From the NCBI RefSeq assembly GCF_009834535.1, contig NC_045696.1:58778001-58842000 (forward strand): DNA of 64,000 nucleotides, in the 5' to 3' direction. Of this stretch, positions 37,836 through 52,499 are shown piece after piece (the stretch's first letter is position 1; each line of letters starts with the position of its first letter). The notes beneath the pieces were generated by a model. It had not been told where the DNA came from. It saw nothing but the letters and a program-made list of their open reading frames with translations, and did no database searches. The stretch is from Camelus ferus. Its lineage: Eukaryota. A program made the position numbers and the translations under genes.

Positions 37836-40614
37836 AGGCAAAAAAGAAAAGTCAAACATTTTTGCTAATCTTAGGACTCCAAGTATCCAGATTTGGCTCT
37901 AAACAGGTTTCCTTCTATTTGAAAGTAGTAGCAATTATATAGATCAAGATACTGCCCAGTAGTATGGAAATGTCTTATGCTTAAAGAGGATGCATTCCAA
38001 CAATAAGCTCCTTCATCGAAATTTCATTATCAAAAATAGGAGCAAAACAGAAGACCCCACTGACACACCCAGAACATTAACTAAATGGGGAAGAGGTGTT
38101 TTAGTATAATATTTAAAAAGACTAACTGAACTGTAATTGTGCTGGAAAACCTAAGATCTGGAAGTTCTGGGGCAGATGGAAAAGGAGGAATCCAATAGTG
38201 CTCAAGCCTGAAAGGCCCGGGTATCTGCCAAGATGGTCTGGATTGGGCAGGCTGGGGCAGGTCCGGCTCTGGGTCCTAGAAGAGCCTCATAACAGTGGGA
38301 CACTTTCCTTTGGAGCTGACAGGTCTGGCCCTGGCCATTCCTCCCAAGTGGCATTTCCCCAAATGAAGATAACTGTGCAGCTTTCTGGGGAGTCTGCCTG
38401 GGGTAAACTGCTCCCTCTCATGCCGGAAGTGAGAAAAGGGAATGGTGGATGTCAGATTTAGCCCTTGGGGTAAGAGAGCAAGAGAAAAAGGTCCTGAGGA
38501 GCTTCAAGTGTGAGTGTTTGTGGGGCAGGGTCACCAGTGAGGAGGGCACAGGGTGCAGTGGTGGAGAGCCCAGAGGAGAAAAAGGTCAACATTAAACAGA
38601 AATGAAACCAATTTCCTGATTTTGTTGAGCTTGGAACCTACTCAATGATTAATCGACAAAGCAGGCTGTGTTGGTAAGGCTCGCTTGCATGGTTTAAGAT
38701 GTTTTATTTTAAACCTAACTGACTTAATTATCAGTTAAGAACAATACCATTGGAGTAAATATATCATAAACCAAGGAGTTCCAGTGGAGTTTTTCAAGGG
38801 CTACAAGAGAACCAAGACAATGGGAGCAAGATGCAACATGGGATGTCAGAAGTGAGCCTACACTGAACCCAAAAGGGTCTAAATATTTCTCAGCATTTTG
38901 AAATAAAATCTTTATACATAGCTCAAGAAAATGTTGGAAAGGGACAGAAAAACACTAAGAGAAAAATAGACAATCTGAGGTTACCAAAATCTCCTAAGGT
39001 AAACAAGGCAATGTCAAAGTGAACCATCCAGTTAGGAGAAAAGTAACACTATCTTTCAGTGTCCATCAGTAACAGGTGCACAAGGGGCTTTAAAGCACTG
39101 CTGCATCTGTCTAGGAGTTGTCTGAAGTCTGACAGTGTCTGATTAACATCATGAGGTTTTCTACCTTTAGGAGAGGTGCTAATTTTAAAAGTGAAGGTGA
39201 TGCAAATCCACCTACAGAAACATTTAAAATAGAAAGTAAGGGAATAGATGGAGTAGGGTGGAGAATTTTAGACATTTGGCATTCCAGGGGCCAGAAGATG
39301 CTGAATGTCTCCTAATGTCCTTTGTTAACTGAGATGGAATGTCACCGTGGAAAGAGCACTGGGCCAGAAGACAGTGGCACGGCTTCTGGTCCCAGCACAG
39401 TACCTGAGGAGGGAACTGATGTGCCCCAGACATGGTACCTCAGCTCCTCATCTGAGTGACAGGGTAAGAAGGTGCCCTTCCTGCCTCACCAAAAGGCCAT
39501 GTTCATGGATGGCCATTAGGGACGACAAGGAGCGTGTGCAGCCACAGGAAATATGCTACCAAGAGAAGCAACCTCAGAAGGTGGCAAAGAGCATGAGCGC
39601 ACTGTGAAGCCAGCTGGAGGACCCAGCAGAGGAGAAAGGCCGTAATGCAACACACAGGAACAGTGGGGGAGTCAGGGCACCACTCTACTTAGTACCTGAG
39701 CTTCCACAAGAGTGAAAAAGAAAAGGAAAAGAGGAAGAAAAAGAAAACCGTGTTGCATCCATGAAGGAAGTGGCATTCTTCTGAAGTGAAACTGCTTTAT
39801 AAGGGATTTCAGAAACTGCTCAGCAAAAAACTGCATGCGAGAGGCTTGGATTTCTAGACACTGTTGCCTTGTTTTCATATGTTCCTTTTGCTAAACCTTC
39901 ACACAAACTCTGGGACACAAGTAGGGCAGATGTTAGTATCATCATGTCACAGATGAGAAAAACAAGGCTCGGATAGTTCAGGTGCTTAGTTCTAAGCCCC
40001 AGGGTAAGTGCTGGGAAGTCCACACTCACCAACCCCTCATGTAAGTTATGGCTGCTAAGCCTCCATGTTCTAGAATACTGAGTTTGAATTACCTAGAAAA
40101 TAATAAAGCTGTCCATGGAAGGTGACACTTCTCAAGAAATCCCAAGAAGAGAGATGTCTGTGCAGTACTAACATACGTTATGTTACGTCCTGAATGATCG
40201 GCCTGGTCTGTCTGGACAGGCAACAGGAAGCACATGCCCAGGATACAGCCCTTCCCCCAACTCACCCCCTAAACAAACGGTAGTTTAGTTTCCTCAGTGC
40301 TGTGGTTTCGGATCTGACTACCTTCAAGGTGGGCCCCTCCAGCTTCGTCTTACATACACGTGAGCCTCAGCTCAGCAGACACTGGATTTTGGAGAAGGCC
40401 CCAGAAACTTCACAGTCCCTCTACTTAGCTGGGTGAGGGAATGCCAGGCTTTCATTTTTTAAGAATTTTTTTTAAAGAATGAGACCATGGTTCTTGGACT
40501 TGAGACAGAGATGGTGAGATTTGGTTAGGCCTCAAGGAAACTAAGCAGAAATGTGAAGCAGAATCAAGAAAGAGAAGGTCAAATAAAAATTACAGCACAA
40601 CATTACAGCATCTT

Positions 40615-40800
40615 AGAGCATTTCTCAAACCTTAGAATTCATAAAATTATCCAAGGAGCTTAATAACAATGATGATTCTCTGACTCCATTCCCAGAAATT
40701 CTGTATCAAATGTAGGGTGGGACCCGGAAGGTGCATTTTTAAGAAGCTTTCTGGTAATTCTGTTCCAAATAGTCCATAAACCCCAGTACGAAAAACAGTC
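40615..40800. mobile_element. hAT-Charlie MITE (MER5-like)
   Basis: TTTCTCAAAC...CCCAGAAATTCTG...GGGTGGGACCCGG...GCATTTTTAAGAAGC...GGTAATTCTG. Confidence 0.6.
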
Positions 40801-42499
40801 TGGGAACTTTCAAGGAGAAAGGCCAATTAATTGGAGGGATTTATCAGAAAGCCCTGAAATGAGCACTAAAAAAGCAGAGAAGCAAATGGGCAAAGTGTTG
40901 CAGACACGCACACGGGGCCCACAGTGGCTGTGCACGCTGACGTGTAATGACCTGACTGGAGAATCACAGCTCAGTACACGTGTGTCTGACAGAACTGCTG
41001 AGGAGGGAAAAGCTTCAGGGTCAGAGATGGGGGTTTTCAACTCCACACCAGCTAGAAGGCATGGTTAGCACAAAAATAAGAATGTGTTTACAACACATTT
41101 CTGACGGGTGAGATGAGGCTGATGTGGGAGGAAGACCTTGAATTCAGAAGTCTGTTCTCCTCTCTGCCACTTGACAGTCATTTGCCTCTCTAGCTTCCGA
41201 ACTCTAAATGGAGACTACAACCTACCCTAAGAGACGGTTGTCAAGAGCAAATAATTATCATATATTTCAATAAAGTCCTCTGTAAACTATAATGTATCAA
41301 AAACAAAAAAAACCAGCATAAGGGTAAAGAACTGTACGTGACTAACTTTCTTAAACACTGATGATAAGCTTTCTGCAGGCATCTTGCTGAGAAGTTAGCA
41401 ACGATGTCAGGTTAAGTGTCACAAAGCCGAGTGGCATGCCAGAAAGCGGTGGGAAACAGCTGGCTGGTGAAATCAGGAGAATTCACAGAACATTCCAAAG
41501 GAATGTGGGAAAACATCCTCTTCAACGGTGACAAAGGGTGAGGAAGAAGGGAGAGAAGGCTCAGCACTCCAGAGTATAGCTCTATTTTATGCAAATTACC
41601 CCTAGTAAAGTGTCGAAGGTGTTCTCTGCACTTGGGCTAAAGTTACTGTGAAAGTCCAGCAACTTCTTATTCAACCACTGCCCATGGAGGTGACCTGGGA
41701 CTTCTTCTGCTCCAAGAACCCAATGATCTTACACTAAGAACTCAGGAGAGGATGTACAGTGCCTTCTCCAAAGAGGGCTGGGCCAGGAAAAGGGACAGTG
41801 GCCTACTTGTGTGTGCAGGGATCTGGGGTTCGGCTTAGCTACTTTTGGACAAGGAAGAATACGTGCCCTGTGGACTCGTCTGTTTCTGAAAAGAGGTCAC
41901 AGTCAGGGACAGAAGGTGGGATTTCCTACTGTGGTTCACACTGAAAAAGGTCAGTCTTGTTTCAGTTCAGTGAAGAGATGAAGACAGACCCAAACAGAGG
42001 CTGAGGGGAACAAATGTCTGTAGAGGCCTGGAGTGGGAGTGGCGGTGGCCAGCGTGGCTAAGGGATGGCGAGGAAGCTGGTTCAGGTCTGGGAGTTAGGC
42101 GGGAAAACTGGAAAGGAAACAGGTCAGCCAGAATTTCTGATTCCCTCCTGTATTCCCCAAGCCCTACCTCCCACCCCGAGCTTGTTGTCTGTTCTGTTAT
42201 AAGCTTTACTTTGCTTATATAAATAGTCCCTTTAAAAGGAAAAGAAGTGGGAAGGTTATTGGCTATGCTAGGTCAAGAAAAAGCTTTTCAGCATAGAGAT
42301 GATTTTTTTCTTTAATATCCTGCCAATCAAGATGTTACACTAATGATGGTAGCTGCTTATACATCATAAAAGAAAACCATATGATCACCTTTCAGCTCTA
42401 TGATGTACATGGCAACATTTATGTGACTAGCATCCCATGCAGTAGGAGAATTAAAATGACAAGTGAGGATGCGTCCTAGGGCCGCTTAAAAGGAAATAT

Positions 42500-43020
42500 A
42501 CCTCAAATATGAAAAAAGTAGTATCTAGTCTTATAAGGGATACAGTCTATACCTTAGAACAGCATGTACAATTACAGAAAACAAGGGGAATGAGCATAGA
42601 AAACATAAGCAGACCAGAGAGGGTGGAACAAGAGTCCAAATCCAAACATAATGCTATGAAAACAAAGAATTCGTGTCCACTTTGGAGGGAAGTATGGTGT
42701 AAAAAGAAACTGAGAATGAAAGCAGAGAAGTGTGAAAAGAATTTGACCATTACTATGAGAAAGTGAGATATATTTTATTAAGCAGTTCCCACCATTAAAA
42801 TAAACAGAGCTGAATATAAGGAAAATAAAGATATTTTAAAGATGTTCCAGAAACATAAGAATGGAAGTTTAACAATATATCCATACGTAACATTGTACAG
42901 AACAAACTGAATTATAGCTAATAAGATATTCTATGCCAGGAAAAATAGCCTTTGGCCTAGAGAAAGGGCCAAGGAACAGGTGACAGATAGCAGGCTGGCC
43001 TCTGAAATGCCACAGCAACA
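42500..43020 (+). mobile_element. Possible ancient L1/HAL1 ORF1 remnant
   Basis: A-rich strand ending in AGCAGGCTGGCCTCTGAAATGCCACAGCAACA (RLAS-like motif). Highly decayed. Confidence 0.4.
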
Positions 43021-45239
43021 GGTTTTCAAATTAGCTACCAATGACTTGGGGTGGGCCAGGAGGGGATCTACTGCCAAAAACAAAACGATGAATGGGTTCA
43101 CTATTTCAAAGAATTGGGGAAGGAGGAGAAAAGAAGTGTGACAGTGGAACAGCGGAAACAATGAATCCTACTTACATGAGAAAGGAGTAAGTCAAATAAT
43201 CAACAGGGTAAATGTGAAAAGAAGAGGGCCCAAGAGGTGACAGAAAGACAATAAAATTTACTACATTCTTAAGAAAATATGTTAACGATAGTAGAAATTG
43301 GGTAAGTTTGGTTGTGGAGAAACAATTCTGGATATGCAAATGTAACAAGCATACAACTTAAACCACTGTAAGTCTCAAATATGACCCTGCATGTGAAACC
43401 ATCTGTTAAATGTCAAGTCTGCATCTGTCAGGCAGGTGGTTACGGAGGGCAATGACCAGGTCCATGTAACTATAATCCACAGAGACATTTACTAGCTTAA
43501 GCCAAGCTGTCTTACTGCTCTGCCCAGGAAATCCTGGCAAGTGTTGGTAACAGCAATATGGTAACAGAATCACTTGACTTGAATTGTAAGCATTTTTGAT
43601 TTACCTGTCTACCCTCTTTGCCAGAAGTGCTTAATAAGCAGAGGAGTAGTTATCAAGGCAGAAGAGAGGAGAAACAGAGGCCATGAATAAATCTATTATT
43701 ACTGGAGCATTAGCACCTAGACACTTAACATCTGACTTTATTAGCAAAGTGGTTAAACACTCCACAGTTGACAATAGTCTGTCTTCATGTACCTAACATG
43801 TAATTATTGAAAGTACATAATCACCTGTTTAAAAATGTAAATGGATTACTATTAGGAATAAATTTTAGGTCATTTGAGACTATTGGGAAGTTAAAACTAT
43901 GAGTTGTTGGTTAAAACAAAAAGGACACAGTGTATATACAAAAGTAAAGGAGGAAGAAATATAGGTTAAAAAATGACTTATAGAAAGGACTTTGAAACCA
44001 ACAAAAAGAATAACTTTTCCTTACTCCATAAACAATTAAGAATGAAGGGGCAATATGCTACATTAGGATTTACTTCCCTGTTTTTCTTTAACTTTTTTTT
44101 AAAAGAAATGTGATCACTCTCAAAACTGATCATATAAAAGTATGAGATTGTTTTACATTCTTTCTACATAGAAAGTGTAGACATCTTCAAGGAGTCAGAG
44201 TTTAAAAGAAGAAGCCTGTGGATACGTAATAAAAACAACAACTTGGCTTAATCAATTTTGGTTAAAAACTTATTAGTTATGTGTATTTTACCACATGTAT
44301 ATCATATGACAATAAAATGTTTAAAAAAATCATTAGTTAAAATACAAGTGAAACTGTCAAAATAAATCCTGAAAAACAAAATGTTTTGACAGGAATTTCA
44401 GAATAATGGAAGACAAAGAAAACACCAGAATAATGCTAATGGATTAGCACATTTCATGAGGCTAAAGACTCCAATAATGTTGGTGATAAGCTACTGGGAC
44501 TAGAAAACTGAAAACTGAATCTTTCTGGTGGCTACAGGTACTCTACCTCATGGTGACATCAGCAAGTAATAAATGAGTTTTAAAAAGCAAAAAAAACATA
44601 CTGGAAAACAACTCCCTTCTCAGATACCAGAAAATGAAAGCTTAGTTGTAGACTTACACCCACAGTAATGATGGCTTTCTCCCTCTCGGTTCTTACAAGA
44701 AGTATCCTTGGGCCTGCCTGGGTCTCCACCACCACAGACCCCCAGCAGAGCACTCACCTCCTGGAACCACTAGACTCAGCACACTTGGGAAGTCTATTAA
44801 TCCTGGTGGGCTAGGTGGAAACAAGTTTGTTCTTCCTGGTCCTACAAAGATTGGACAGCTCTGGGAATGAATTAATGTCCCTCACTCTCCCAACAGTCTC
44901 ACTATAAGGATATAGATATCCAGAGTTTACTGTGCTGGATATAAACAAGAAACCAGAAAAATATAACTGAACTGCAGACCACATCCACACCAGCCAAATC
45001 GCCAAGGGAACTGAGATTTCAGGACTTTATTTAACCAACCTTCTCTTTACAACACTGCATATTTGGGAGTATGTTTCCCACTAGTAACCTGATTCCTATA
45101 GTACATGTGAATTTTATCTGGGCTATATTGATATGACCTGGAGTTCCATCTTCAGCCATAATATCCATGTGAGAAAGAAAAGTTGACTAACGGTTGTTAA
45201 TGCTGATATTATTTTATTTTTGTTTATATAAACGCTTAC

Positions 45240-45328
45240 CTCTTTGACGCTATGTGTTACTGCCCATAACATAAAAACTCTTGACATCACCTGGAAAGAA
45301 GTCAGGACAACAGAAGATGGAACAATTC
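45240..45328 (-). CDS. HACD2: HACD2 internal coding exon (89 nt; probably exon 4)
   Basis: Minus strand reads tttcAG|GA ATT GTT CCA...GTC AAA GAG|GTAAGC, translating to (G)[29 protein letters not shown]. This matches the HACD2/PTPLB protein as I recall it. It ends in phase 0, matching the next exon. Confidence 0.97.
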
Positions 45329-46714
45329 CTGAAAGAAATTTTAGGATGTGTAAATAAATGTACTGCATTAAGTTTCAACATGTAATAGATTTTCTAAGAC
45401 ATCCAAATTTTCACGTTTAGAGCCAAAACCATCACGAGCAACTGAGACTTATCTACATTGCTATATAGACTATGTTTTTCAATGTAGTCAATATTAAACC
45501 TTTTTCCCTCTCTCAAAACAGTAATATTGTCAATGGCAATAGCAAGCCATGGAATCTAGGTACTCTTCTTAAGTGTCTTAAAATCACTGTCAAAGTTCAG
45601 TATTTTTTAACACATACAGGTAGAGAAAATAAAGCTACTGCTTGACCTTTAAAATCAGACATTGAAAGCTCATTTTATTATATGGGTTTCCAAAATGAAC
45701 AGTAACTATGGAAGGAAAATCAACTGTATTTGTGTCAATGAAATATTGGGAGCTCCTGGACAGCAGACTTGATACACTATCTAATGGCTAAGTGGGCATC
45801 TTTTAAAATCTACTTGAAGATTTTGCCAACAAGTAGGCAAAATCAGTTTATTATCTTTATATACCATTTCTTTCCCCCTTGTTCATTACAGTAAGCAATG
45901 GTACAATTATCTTCCCAGTGTCCTCAAGTTGTAACACTGGGATCATCTTTAGTTATTTTAGATTAATCATCAAGTTCTGCTAAGTTTACATTTCTTTGGC
46001 CTCTCCCTTCAATTCCTAAAACCACAGTCTCTATCTAAAGACCAGTCACCATTATATAAAATTCTTACCTCCTTTAATTCATCTTAAACCCAGCAATAAG
46101 TCATTATCTGAAATCATTATTTTCTCTTTGTCACTTTGGCAAGGAACTGCTACAAAAATGAAATCTGGAAGCAGAATTAAGGGTACTCAATCCAGCAGCC
46201 CCTCCACCATTTGTCTGTGGCTTTACTCTGTTGCCAGCAACGAGACTAACCAACTTCCTGGACCTGTCAAGTCACATGTGGGGAAACTCCACACATGCCA
46301 GGAACCCCTCATCTCGAGTTGTAGATTCTTCTTCCACTTTAAGACTAACCTCATCTTTAATACATTCAGTGGACTACCCCTGACCAATTTTCATTCTTCC
46401 AAGCTCTCTAAAATACCCTCAGACTTCCGGATGTTTATATAATTGGACAAACTACAACTTGCCAAAAGACTATGTGCAAATCATATAAAGCTAAAATTGC
46501 CTCCATAGGTTTGGCTATGAAAGAAAATTACTTTATATCTCATTAAGAAAAAGAGATATTATATCCTGTCAGAATCAGTTGTAAAGGAGATTTGGGCTTT
46601 GAAGAGGTATGGCCTGGTTCCCCAAAATAAGTAAGCTAGACATGTCAAGCACAATGCCTGGCATACAAAGATGCTCAATAAATCTTTGTAGAATGAATAA
46701 AAGAAAAATACAAA

Positions 46715-48060
46715 TGTATGGACATATAAACCAATGGAATAGAACTAAGAGTCCAGAAACAAACCCTCATATTTGCAGTCACTTGATTTGCAACAAGCGT
46801 GCCAAGTCAATGGGAAAAATAATTGTCCTTTCAACAAATGGTGCTGGGACAACTGGATATCCACATGCCAAAGAACAGAGCTGGAACACTTTCTTACACT
46901 ATATACAAAAAAATTACTCAAAATGGATCAAAGACCTAAGTGTAAGAGCTAAAACTATAAAACTCCTGGAAGAAAACAGAAGTAAATTTTTGTGACCCTG
47001 GATTAGGCAACAGTTTATTAGATATGACACCAAAAGCACAAGAAAAAAAACTTGGCTTTATTAAAATTAAAAACTTATGTGCTTCGAAAGATACCATCAA
47101 GAAAGTGGAAAAACCCACAGACAGGAAAAAATATCTACAAATACGTAATAAGGAAATTACATACAAAATATATAAAGAACTCCACAAATTCAACAATAAA
47201 AAAACCAAATAATTCAATTTAAAAATGGGCAAAGGATTTGAATAGCCATTTTTTTCCAAGAAAAATATGCAAATAGTCAATAAGCACATGAAAAGGTGCT
47301 CAACATCATTAGGGAAATGCAAATTAAAATCATAATGAGATACACTTCACATCCACTAGGATGGCTATCATTAAAAAGACAGATAAGAACAAGTGTTGGT
47401 GAGGATGTGGAGAAGGTGGAACTTTCATGCACTGCTGATGAGATCAGAAAATGGTACAGCCACTATGGAAAACAGTCTGCTTCAAAATGTTAAATATAGA
47501 ATTACCCTATAACCCAGCAATTCCAATCCTAGAAGTAGGTATACCCAAGAGAAATGAAAACAATATGCCCATACAAAAACTTGCACGTGACTGTCCGTAT
47601 TGGTATTCATATTAGCCAAAAAGTGGAAATATTCAAAATATTCATTCAACAGATGAATGGATAAAATGCGGCATAGCCATACAGTATGACATTAGAAATA
47701 AAACAAATAAAAAGTAATGAAAAATAAATTAAAATAAAGTACTGATACACTCTACAATATTAATGAAACAAAACATTATGCTGAGTGAAGAAGCCAGGTG
47801 CAAAAGACCACATGTTGTATGATTTACTTTATATGCCCAGAGTAGGCAAAATTATAGAGACAAAAAGTAGATCAGTGGTGATCCGGAAGGTTAGGAAGAA
47901 ATGGGGAGTGACTGCTAATCGGTACAGGGTTTCTCTTTGGGGTGATGGAAATGTTCTAAAATTGATCATGGTGATGGTTGCATAACTGTGTAAATATTGA
48001 ACTTTATACTCTAAATGAATGAACTGAATGATATATGAATAAACCTTTTATTTTTAAAAA
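46715..48060 (+). mobile_element. Old L1 (L1MB-like) ORF2 3' part and 3'UTR
   Basis: HINQWNRTKSPETNPH..., SKWIKDLSVRAKTIKLLEEN and IREMQIKIIMRY frames. L1MB-type 3'UTR (GGGTGATGGAAATGTTCTAAAATTG). Confidence 0.88.
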
Positions 48061-49029
48061 AATGTATTAAGTACAAAGCCTGATGATACAATAGGTAATA
48101 CTGCTAAAGAAGCTAACTAGTGAGTCAAACATTAAGGGAATATACTTAGCCAGACCACATTTCAAATAAGAAAAACTAAAAAAGGCTAATAATCAGAAGC
48201 TTTCCTAACTAAGTTATTAAGCATTTGCCACTTAAGGAAAGACCATCACTATTTCTAGCTTCTTTTCTTTTTTTTTAAACTCAAAGACCAGCTCATCAAA
48301 AACATGAATTTTTCCTTTTATTTCTACTCTTTCTTCTTCTACCATTGAAACAATAGGCCAGACCGATAATGGTCTGAGCTGTGCTCCAGGGTTGCTGCTA
48401 TATTTGGGTGGGGATCAAAAAAGTCCAGGATCTAGACCTCAGATTTCCAAGTTCAAAAACCTAATTTTATCCCATTCAAAAGCAAGAATTTGGCTCTTGG
48501 GAGACTGACTCACGTTAATCAAGTCCACAGGAGACTAGCTAATAAACCAAAATGTCAGTTTATTTACTTGTAATAGAGGCACAGCCTTTGTAATTACTGA
48601 ATGACTGGGATTTTTGAGACCCTCATCTAGGGGTGCTTTTTTCTAGTGTCAAAATCAGAATGCTTAGTAAGTGTGACTTTAAACAGAGGGATCTGGCAGA
48701 TCTGGGGATGAATATCACAATTCAGCTGCATATAGCTTTATTAATTATCCTTTCTCTACTATAAAGCTCCCTTTTCTAGGAAACATGAATATTTATATAT
48801 GTCTTTCAAAAGGGCTAAACAAAAATTATCTGATCGCTTTTCTTAAAAATAAGTTTTGGTAACCAAAAACAAAGATTTACTTTTCTGGTATATTTCCCAC
48901 CAGTCTTTTCTTCTAAGTATATTTTTAAAAACAGTTCAATTTCTATTATTTATACTTTGTGGTTTGCTTTTGTCTTTTAACATTTTAAGAAATTTTCTAT
49001 CTTCCAACATACTCTTCAAACTATTTTAA

Positions 49030-49360
49030 CTTGAGTCATAGTATTCTTCGTGTGGAATATATTTGTTTATCTATTCTCCTTCTGCGAGACATTTAAATTG
49101 CTCCAATTTCTTGATACTATAAATGAGGTAATGAAGTATTACAAATAACACTTAAAATTTTTTTGAGGCTTAGACCTTTTTTTAAAAAGGATTATTTCCT
49201 TGGGACAGTTCCCAGAAGTAAAACTACCAGGTCAAATGGCATGAATGCCTTTAAAGCTCTTGAAATATACTGCCAAACTGCTTTCCAAAAGTTTGTGTCA
49301 ATATACACTCCCACCAGCAGCATTACAAGCATGTCTGCTTTAGCACAGCCTCAGCAGTAA
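49030..49360 (-). mobile_element. Old L1M fragment
   Basis: ATACTGCCAAACTGCTTTCCAAAAG...TACACTCCCACCAGCAG is the antisense of the ORF2 C-terminal region. Confidence 0.7.
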
Positions 49361-50364
49361 ATCTAAATCTTAATAAGTTAGGAAATAAAAAGCCAATCAA
49401 TGCTTTCTAATTTGATACAGATGCACAGATGTTTCTGGCTTTGCCTGCAGGTGCTCCTGCATTCCCTATACAGGGAACTTGCCTAGTTAGGCACCTGGAT
49501 TTTTTCCAAGTCATGCCATCCACACCAGTTCTCACTCAGTTTCTACAGCATATGGACCTATCTCAACCAGTCACCAGGCAAACAGCAGTTCTGGTCCTCG
49601 CCTGACAGCCCAATCTCAAATTCCTTCTCTAATAGATTAGTGAAAAAGCCAGCAGGAAGAAGGGATTCTTACACAGGGAAGACCATCTGAGGGCCAGGAG
49701 GTCCAAATTTACCCTTGGATTCAAGCCAGACAATAGAGGGCCACACAGATGGAACATACTATTTTAGCTCTGAATAGAATGGACATCGAGTTGGGGTTAT
49801 TATCAGATGAACTTCATAAGAAACGGTTAAAAAATTATTACCTTATTTTCTGTAGGAATGGTATGCAGTATAATATCCACCCTATCACTCAATGCTTCTT
49901 ACATAAAGCCCCAGATGGGAAATTTGTTTTAGAACTTAATGTTAACTGTTTGCTCCTCTCCAATGATAAGAATTACAATACTCAGTTGTCCTTTTCAGCT
50001 TGGTGGTCAGAAAGTTTCAAGCCAAATATGAAGCATACTATATTATTATATGCCGTGTTTAAGTTACCACAAATCCTGTGGAATGAGGACTATAGATAGA
50101 TAAGACAGACCAGATCCTCTTTCTTTTCTAGACTTCTTGCAGTCAACCCCACTGTGTTTACATTTATTACACCATTACCCTTTATTTGAACACAATTTTC
50201 ATTAACACAGCATGTTAAAACGACCCAAACTGCCCATTTTTTGGTTGTTGTTGATTGCTTCAATTGGTTGTTTCCAAATGACAAGGAGGATTCTGCAGTC
50301 TTATCAGTAAGCTATTACTAGATCAAAATTCATTCAAAAAAGATTACTAGGAATCTATTATTTG

Positions 50365-50650
50365 TTAATTTAATTCAACAAATATTTTCGGAGTACCTGC
50401 TCTGTGGCAGGTATTGTTTTCCATGCTGGGGTGGGGATACAACAGTGAAGGAAATGTCCCTGCCTTCATGAACTTACACTCTCAGGCTGTAATTGATTTG
50501 CTCTGGGATAGCTTTTATTTTTAGCACATTTCCCTGAAGTTGATGTGAGGCTACTAAACATTTGTAAATAGTAGAATGGCATGATCGCCTTGGCTTCAGA
50601 AAGATATCTCTGTCAGCAGTGCAAATCGTTGGCAAGGCAAGATTGTAACT
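50365..50650 (-). mobile_element. LINE-2 3' end fragment
   Basis: ATTCAACAAATATTT...GTACCTGCTCTGTGGCAGG...GGGATACAACAGTGA...TCCCTGCCTTCATGAACTTACA. Confidence 0.65.
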
Positions 50651-52139
50651 TGAGAAATAACTACGAGAATTTATGTTGAAAGGGCAACGAACTTTTGAAG
50701 CAAACCACTGCCAGATAAAAGAAACATAGGCATGTGTGTGTGTTGAGCAAAAGCTGTATAAAGGGGATTTGGCAATCAGTTTCTTGTTTTTCCAGAACCA
50801 GGGTGTTCTGAGGACTCTCCAAATGGCTGAGCCCTGCAAAGCTGAATAGCACTAGAAATCTTCCCTGTTACGGTGCAGCCTTCAGATGGGCCAGGTTAGT
50901 CAGATTGGAAGATTAGATACAAATGACCAAGAACAGGTTGAAAGTTAAGTACAGGAATGGCAAACGCAGGCTGGGAGCAGAGCTGAATAGTGTTCAGACA
51001 GAGCCCACTACCAAAGCAAGGTAGGAGACACAAAGTTGGTGCAAGAAATTAAATGATGGAAAGTAAAATTAGAATCTCCCAACCCAAATATGAAATCCAC
51101 TGAACTAAAAGTAATAAATATTAAGTAACAACAACAAAAATCACTAGCAGCAAGCAGAAAGGAATGGGTTACAACTTTATGCCATGTATTTTTTTTATAG
51201 TGTTAGTTTAGCCAAGAAAGTGAAGATTTTTGCATACCTCCTGCTCTGTCCCCAACCCCCCAAAAATGATACTGGTGAATTAACAAAATCACAAGAATTT
51301 TCACTAACAGGCCCAGATTTGGAGAGAAACACAAATTTCCGACTGGGCTGTGACAGACACAGTGGCTGGGAAGTGATGGGGAGATGACTAACTGAGAGCC
51401 ACTTCATCGATGCTGAGCCTTTCAGACCCCATGCAGAGTTGGAAGATTGGTACAAAGTTCCCTATGGGGACAGGATATACTTTCCACAGGGTTGAGGAAT
51501 CCCAGATGGGATCTCAGAAGAGAAGGAAGAGCTCACATGTTTTTAAATAAGTCATTCGTTCACTCTGTTCAAGACTTTTAAAGTATAAAAAGATATACAA
51601 GAAAAGTGTCCTTCCCAATCCCATCCTATGACCACTCAGGGGTCTTTCCCACAGGCAAATAACTACCCCTTTGTCTATCATTCCAGAGATATATTTTAGG
51701 TATACAACAGCAAATGCATAAGTGAATATATAAAGATACATTTATACACATTCTTTTTTCCTATTTTTTACATAAAGGCAGTATTTTATGTACTCCCTGA
51801 TTTTTTCCCTTAAAAATATCCTGAAGATCTTTCTGTATCAATATATGCATACTATTTTAATTACTGAAGCTTTATGTTTTAATATCTATGCACTCTTCTA
51901 AGCTCTACTCCCATGCCCTCAGCATGTAGAAAAATACATAAATCAGGAAAACCCCAATCCTTAAACCATTTAATCTTAAATATTGTGGAAATGCAGTCAG
52001 GGAAGATTCAGTAACATCTGTATCAGAGCAAATAAAACGGCTGGACAGAGCTGCTAGCTCTTTAGCAACAAGAAAAGGCATGGCAACCATACAAACATAA
52101 TGCGAGAAATAAAGAAAAGTAAAACATGTATTGATGGCA

Positions 52140-52465
52140 AGAGAATTTAAAAAGATTCAAAGCACAAGAAGGATCTGAGGCACCACTGTTAGCTTTGAAG
52201 ATGGAGGCGCTGTGTGCAGGGACTGGAGAGTAGCATCTAATTGCTGAGAGTAACCTCAGGCCAAAAGCCAGCAAGGAACTGAAATCTGCCAACAAGCTGA
52301 CTGAGCTTAGAAGCAGATTCTTCCCTAGAGTTTCCAGATAAGAACCCAGCCCAGCTGATGCCTTGATTTTGGCTTTGTGAAATCATAAGCAGAAAACCCA
52401 GCTGAGCCTACCCAGACTTCTGACCTACAGAACTATGAGCTAATAAAGAAGTGCTGTTTTAAGCA
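52140..52465 (+). mobile_element. MaLR LTR fragment (MLT1D/E-like)
   Basis: GCTTTGAAGATGGAGG...GCAGATTCTTCCCTAGAG...GACTTCTGACCTACAGAACTATGAGCTAATAAA...TGTTTTAAGC. Confidence 0.8.
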
Positions 52466-52499
52466 CCCCTCCCCCCAAATTTATATGTATATATAAAGC

